Made by a program: the position numbers and the translations under genes. This document shows, in pieces, positions 54,601-56,644 of a stretch of DNA of 56,644 nt. Positions within the stretch are counted from its first letter, which is position 1. Each line of letters starts with the position of its first letter. The notes beneath the pieces were generated by a model. It was not told the origin of the DNA. It searched no databases and was given only the letters and a program-made list of their open reading frames with translations. Source of the DNA: Candidatus Omnitrophota bacterium (GTDB taxonomy: Bacteria; Omnitrophota; Gorgyraeia; Gygaellales; Profunditerraquicolaceae); NCBI GenBank assembly GCA_041652635.1, contig JBAZGW010000002.1, positions 1-56,644 of the forward strand, read 5' to 3'.

Positions 54601-56644
54601 GGAAGTATCACAGTATCACAGGTAACCGCTTCAGTCTTGAATAGTATTGTTTCATCGGCAGGCGATATTAATATAGAGTGTATAACTTCTTCTTCGATCA
54701 GTGATATCGCAGCGGCGGAAGACATTAGCTTGACGGATATCAGCGGTTCAACGGTAAAAGGCATAACTGCGGATAACGGCAGTATTTCGATAAACAACGC
54801 CGTTGATTCAGCTCTGAGCAATATAAAATCAGTCAATGGCGATATCGTTTTTAACGATTTGTCCGGCAGTGAGATAAAGAGTATCAGCGCGCAGGAGGAT
54901 ATGTCATTTACCGTCCTGACGGATACCGTAGCGGATGCCATATCGGGATCGGCCGCTTTGACGATCAATAATTCGGAGGCGATCGAGTTCCAGGGAATCA
55001 GCGGACAGAACGGAGATCTCTATCTAAGCGGTTCTTCTTTGGACAGGACAAGCGGAACCCCGGCGCTCATAAACACGGTGGACCTTAAAGGGAGCATTTC
55101 TTTGTCCGGTATCGCCGCCGTTGCCGATCCGCCGCTAACCGGAGAGAATTATTTGCCGGGCGGCAGGCAATTAGTGCTGGACAGCGCTCAATTATCTCAA
55201 CAAGACAGCAGCAGATTATCCATATCGTTTGAAAAGGCAGAAACCTTTAATGATATTGAATACGTTATGCTTTCAAAGGCGCCTCCGCAGTCTATTGATA
55301 TAAAGGCAGTAGCGGCGTTAGATGATCTGTCGTCCGATTCAACGGTTTCTTCTTTGTTATCCGGGGTCATGGATGACAGTTCTATTCTTAAATCAGGAAC
55401 ATTTACGTCCTTGAAACCTTATGAGGTTACCGGCACGGAGTCGTCCGCGCAGAGTTTGAAGGACCTGCTTTCCTTGACCGCGGAGAATGGGATACAGGCG
55501 GCGGAAGACAAATTACCGGTCAATTCAGAGTTGACGGCGGACGCCGTCAGCGCGATGACAGCGGCGGAAGGGGCTTTGAGTTATCCTCTTCAGACAAATC
55601 CGCTTGGCGGAGTCCAGGGCACAGTGAATACACAGGGAAGCGGTGATTCTTCTTCGACGGCGGCCGCTTCCTATGCGTTAAGTATTTTACCCGTTCTCTC
55701 GGGTATATTAAATAACGGTAATCCACAATTGAGCGAATATCTGACTACTACGGCATCCGGCAGAGGCCCTCCGGAAGCGGCTACCTCAGATTACCTTTCC
55801 TCATTCCTCAATTCCGGTTCCATCTCCTATCAGGGACAAAACTCCATTTCTGTTTCTTCGTCTTATTTAAATAATAATCTTTTTAGTATAACAATAGACC
55901 GTGGCCAGGGGGGTGTTCTTTCTTCCTACTTAGAAGGGATCCCCCCTATTTCTAACGGTCTGTTCAGCACTACTAAAGATCTGTCTTATTCCGGAAGTGA
56001 TAAAGTGCCGGATCTCACGACTTTGGAAGAGAACTCCGTGGCTTTGCCGGATTATGTTTCAGCTCAAGGTTTTTCCTCCGATTTTGTTGCCTGGACAAAC
56101 GAGAGTGCGCAGACTGCCTGGAATTGGAATACCGATCAGGGCAGGCTGCATAGCGGCGCGTATCCCGAAGCCGGGGTCAGCGTGAATATTTACGCACTTC
56201 CGGAGGGGGAAGCGGATTGGGGAGCTACCTATCAGGGCGGGGAAGTGTATATCACAGATAATACTTATGATACCGCGGTAAGCGACGCCCAGAGTGCCTT
56301 GTATCCGGAATACAATTTTAAGGCTGCCGCCGAGGCCATCTTTGTGCATGATCTTAATGATTATAAGGTTAATGAAGATGGGAGCATCATTGATTGGACA
56401 CATGAACAGAATCAGGGTGCGGAGGCCGCTTATTTGGTCCTCAAGGTTGATCAATTAGCCCAGACAGCTGAAGGTTGGGCGGATGAAGACCCGTTGAAAC
56501 AGGAAAGCCTTAGCGCAGCGGCCGAATATGCCGCTAAGTTCAACGTGATAGCCGGCGAAGAGATCAGCCTGGATCAGTTGGTTTACGATACTGACAACAG
56601 GGAGTTTATCAATACCTATAAAGGCTTTTCCGAAAGGTCAATCG
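51664..56644 (+). CDS. Giant secreted/surface repeat protein, 5' partial (over 1660 codons, runs off the window)
   Basis: My hand translation found no stop from the ATG at 51664 (SD GGGGGAG) to the window end. The ORF is absent from the supplied track, presumably because it has no stop. Signal/anchor 'KLWLKAIALAVAGIFAFSEVTWAA'. Confidence 0.8.
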   Translation, partial: MSSWRGKLWLKAIALAVAGIFAFSEVTWAARTDFILPSVVTNRNIPSAQQNQAPVKKSLLETFNEIYTNFSSVLFPFAHAEVIKEAVESDLISIFNRINRGGEEYSNTSDRITKSEEICGLADTATVRQSDRIITKFSQKESGKVIAQTVSGKKAQELQPYQIMSAFFNEARKIESTVYQSTSDSFYYNLADLKSRQAVVETLQIPTDCLDRSVYLFRVAGKFNLAPEIVIIKDKKANIGHALLAINDSGTNKRVIIETTAKKADNGNGSGYLSSYLNKGCEVLTIARSLKELTAFLNKEGRGISIAWGDGWGSAASSQASSGSYSTGSFTAGSDSGTGSTISSSGSSSWYSVSSFSDSSSFSYSTAVIPSLSSTWDTSSLYGSFGSFISDYSIGSSFSLPSTGVFSFVYSTISSSFDYVYSNTATTSSVPSFNIVVTDNIPSFSFSALASGDTFSASYDTDSQTLSIPAQTIANISSVLGKDATQTEYEAAFYYLGVKTFRESQDSVFQADADSDGLTKGAVSAHSAVLKQAGESFAAGSIGSQEWSEGYTWLETGRQLLEAETVTKSTESMQLYSAYSVSLGDQYFLEAESAEKTGDYARASERYAEAAKQFELAFNADQGVSLNNLVDASLITLIGETYSKIGETDKALELYSLALQHTSNYKPAQFLLEQLEKGNVGIGQDNAVEPRYACQSMSLCLIRSAFRETKLDITQDSQQVELIAVTSDSANIASGSVSEGRMQIQSLDDLAQENSGGISIVFAPGTDVTAQQQKVEGIDVQLGTAQEALTLAENTELTTEGKTKIVSVDFGMDSSIVDSQADRGLVITGSNENVVISGVNAGGTLVIENNDDLVVSGLTAGMDITLVDSKESAVSDIEALTGSITIDTVTGSSIDTVTAEGDVRLSEVNGSTLSDLTAEAGDVSVSQVSDSTINSVSSLTGDIKIEEVVSSNIGDIEAGEDVRLTDITGSTVNSLSAEAGSITVSQVTASVLNSIVSSAGDINIECITSSSISDIAAAEDISLTDISGSTVKGITADNGSISINNAVDSALSNIKSVNGDIVFNDLSGSEIKSISAQEDMSFTVLTDTVADAISGSAALTINNSEAIEFQGISGQNGDLYLSGSSLDRTSGTPALINTVDLKGSISLSGIAAVADPPLTGENYLPGGRQLVLDSAQLSQQDSSRLSISFEKAETFNDIEYVMLSKAPPQSIDIKAVAALDDLSSDSTVSSLLSGVMDDSSILKSGTFTSLKPYEVTGTESSAQSLKDLLSLTAENGIQAAEDKLPVNSELTADAVSAMTAAEGALSYPLQTNPLGGVQGTVNTQGSGDSSSTAAASYALSILPVLSGILNNGNPQLSEYLTTTASGRGPPEAATSDYLSSFLNSGSISYQGQNSISVSSSYLNNNLFSITIDRGQGGVLSSYLEGIPPISNGLFSTTKDLSYSGSDKVPDLTTLEENSVALPDYVSAQGFSSDFVAWTNESAQTAWNWNTDQGRLHSGAYPEAGVSVNIYALPEGEADWGATYQGGEVYITDNTYDTAVSDAQSALYPEYNFKAAAEAIFVHDLNDYKVNEDGSIIDWTHEQNQGAEAAYLVLKVDQLAQTAEGWADEDPLKQESLSAAAEYAAKFNVIAGEEISLDQLVYDTDNREFINTYKGFSERSI
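54140..55040 (+). repeat. Tandem coding repeats (about 20-aa / 60-nt units) inside the giant gene, beta-helix-like
   Basis: At least 13 consecutive units of the pattern x-A-x-x-G-D-(I/V)-x-(L/V)-x-x-(V/I)-x-x-S-x-(I/L)-x-x-(I/L), e.g. 'TAEAGDVSVSQVSDSTINSV', 'SAEAGSITVSQVTASVLNSI', 'TADNGSISINNAVDSALSNI'. Confidence 0.75.

Noticed and set aside
54003-54968. 321-aa ORF on the minus strand
   Set aside because: It lies exactly antisense to the tandem 20-aa repeat region of the giant plus-strand gene. Its translation is a low-complexity Ser/Leu/Ile/Thr string that mirrors the repeats. It is a shadow ORF produced by repeat and codon bias.

Overview
This 56.6-kb window looks like chromosomal DNA from a diderm bacterium, judging by the RND, TolC-like, TonB-like and O-antigen-ligase-like genes. 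The lineage cannot be assigned from sequence alone. I support about 50 genes.

Layout:
- 1-18.7 kb is mostly housekeeping: tRNA-Glu(CUC), uup, a degenerate YchF-like gene, purH, folC, mnmE, folE, a PilZ/PEGA/GT2/HAMP/TPR envelope block, comM, an L,D-transpeptidase and accA.
- 19-29 kb holds two small unknown genes, then a compact operon that reads as a complete aromatic (type II) polyketide synthase cluster. It encodes KS-alpha, a CLF-like KS-beta, ACP, a TcmN-like ARO/CYC, a metal-dependent cyclase, a B12-radical SAM enzyme, unusual small Cys-rich proteins and an MFS exporter.
- 29-35.7 kb holds an O-antigen-ligase-like gene, a frameshifted GT4, two Ddl-like ATP-grasp ligases with a KamA-type aminomutase, and a parvulin.
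- 35.8-50.9 kb is one minus-strand block: a periplasmic adaptor, two RND permeases, Thr/Ser-rich secreted proteins and a TonB_C-TolC fusion.
- 51-56.6 kb holds an apparently leaderless Zn-ribbon/Arg-rich gene and the first 1660 codons of a giant secreted repeat protein that runs off the window.

The two strongest candidates for something undescribed are the type II PKS cluster and one RND permease that carries a 301-aa proline-rich tail ending in a winged-helix DNA-binding domain.

Several canonical TTGACA-N16/17-TATAAT-like promoters and intrinsic terminators are visible. I found no CRISPR array, rRNA, transposase or integrase. At least two, possibly three, genes are broken by an apparent single-base deletion, which may be assembly error.
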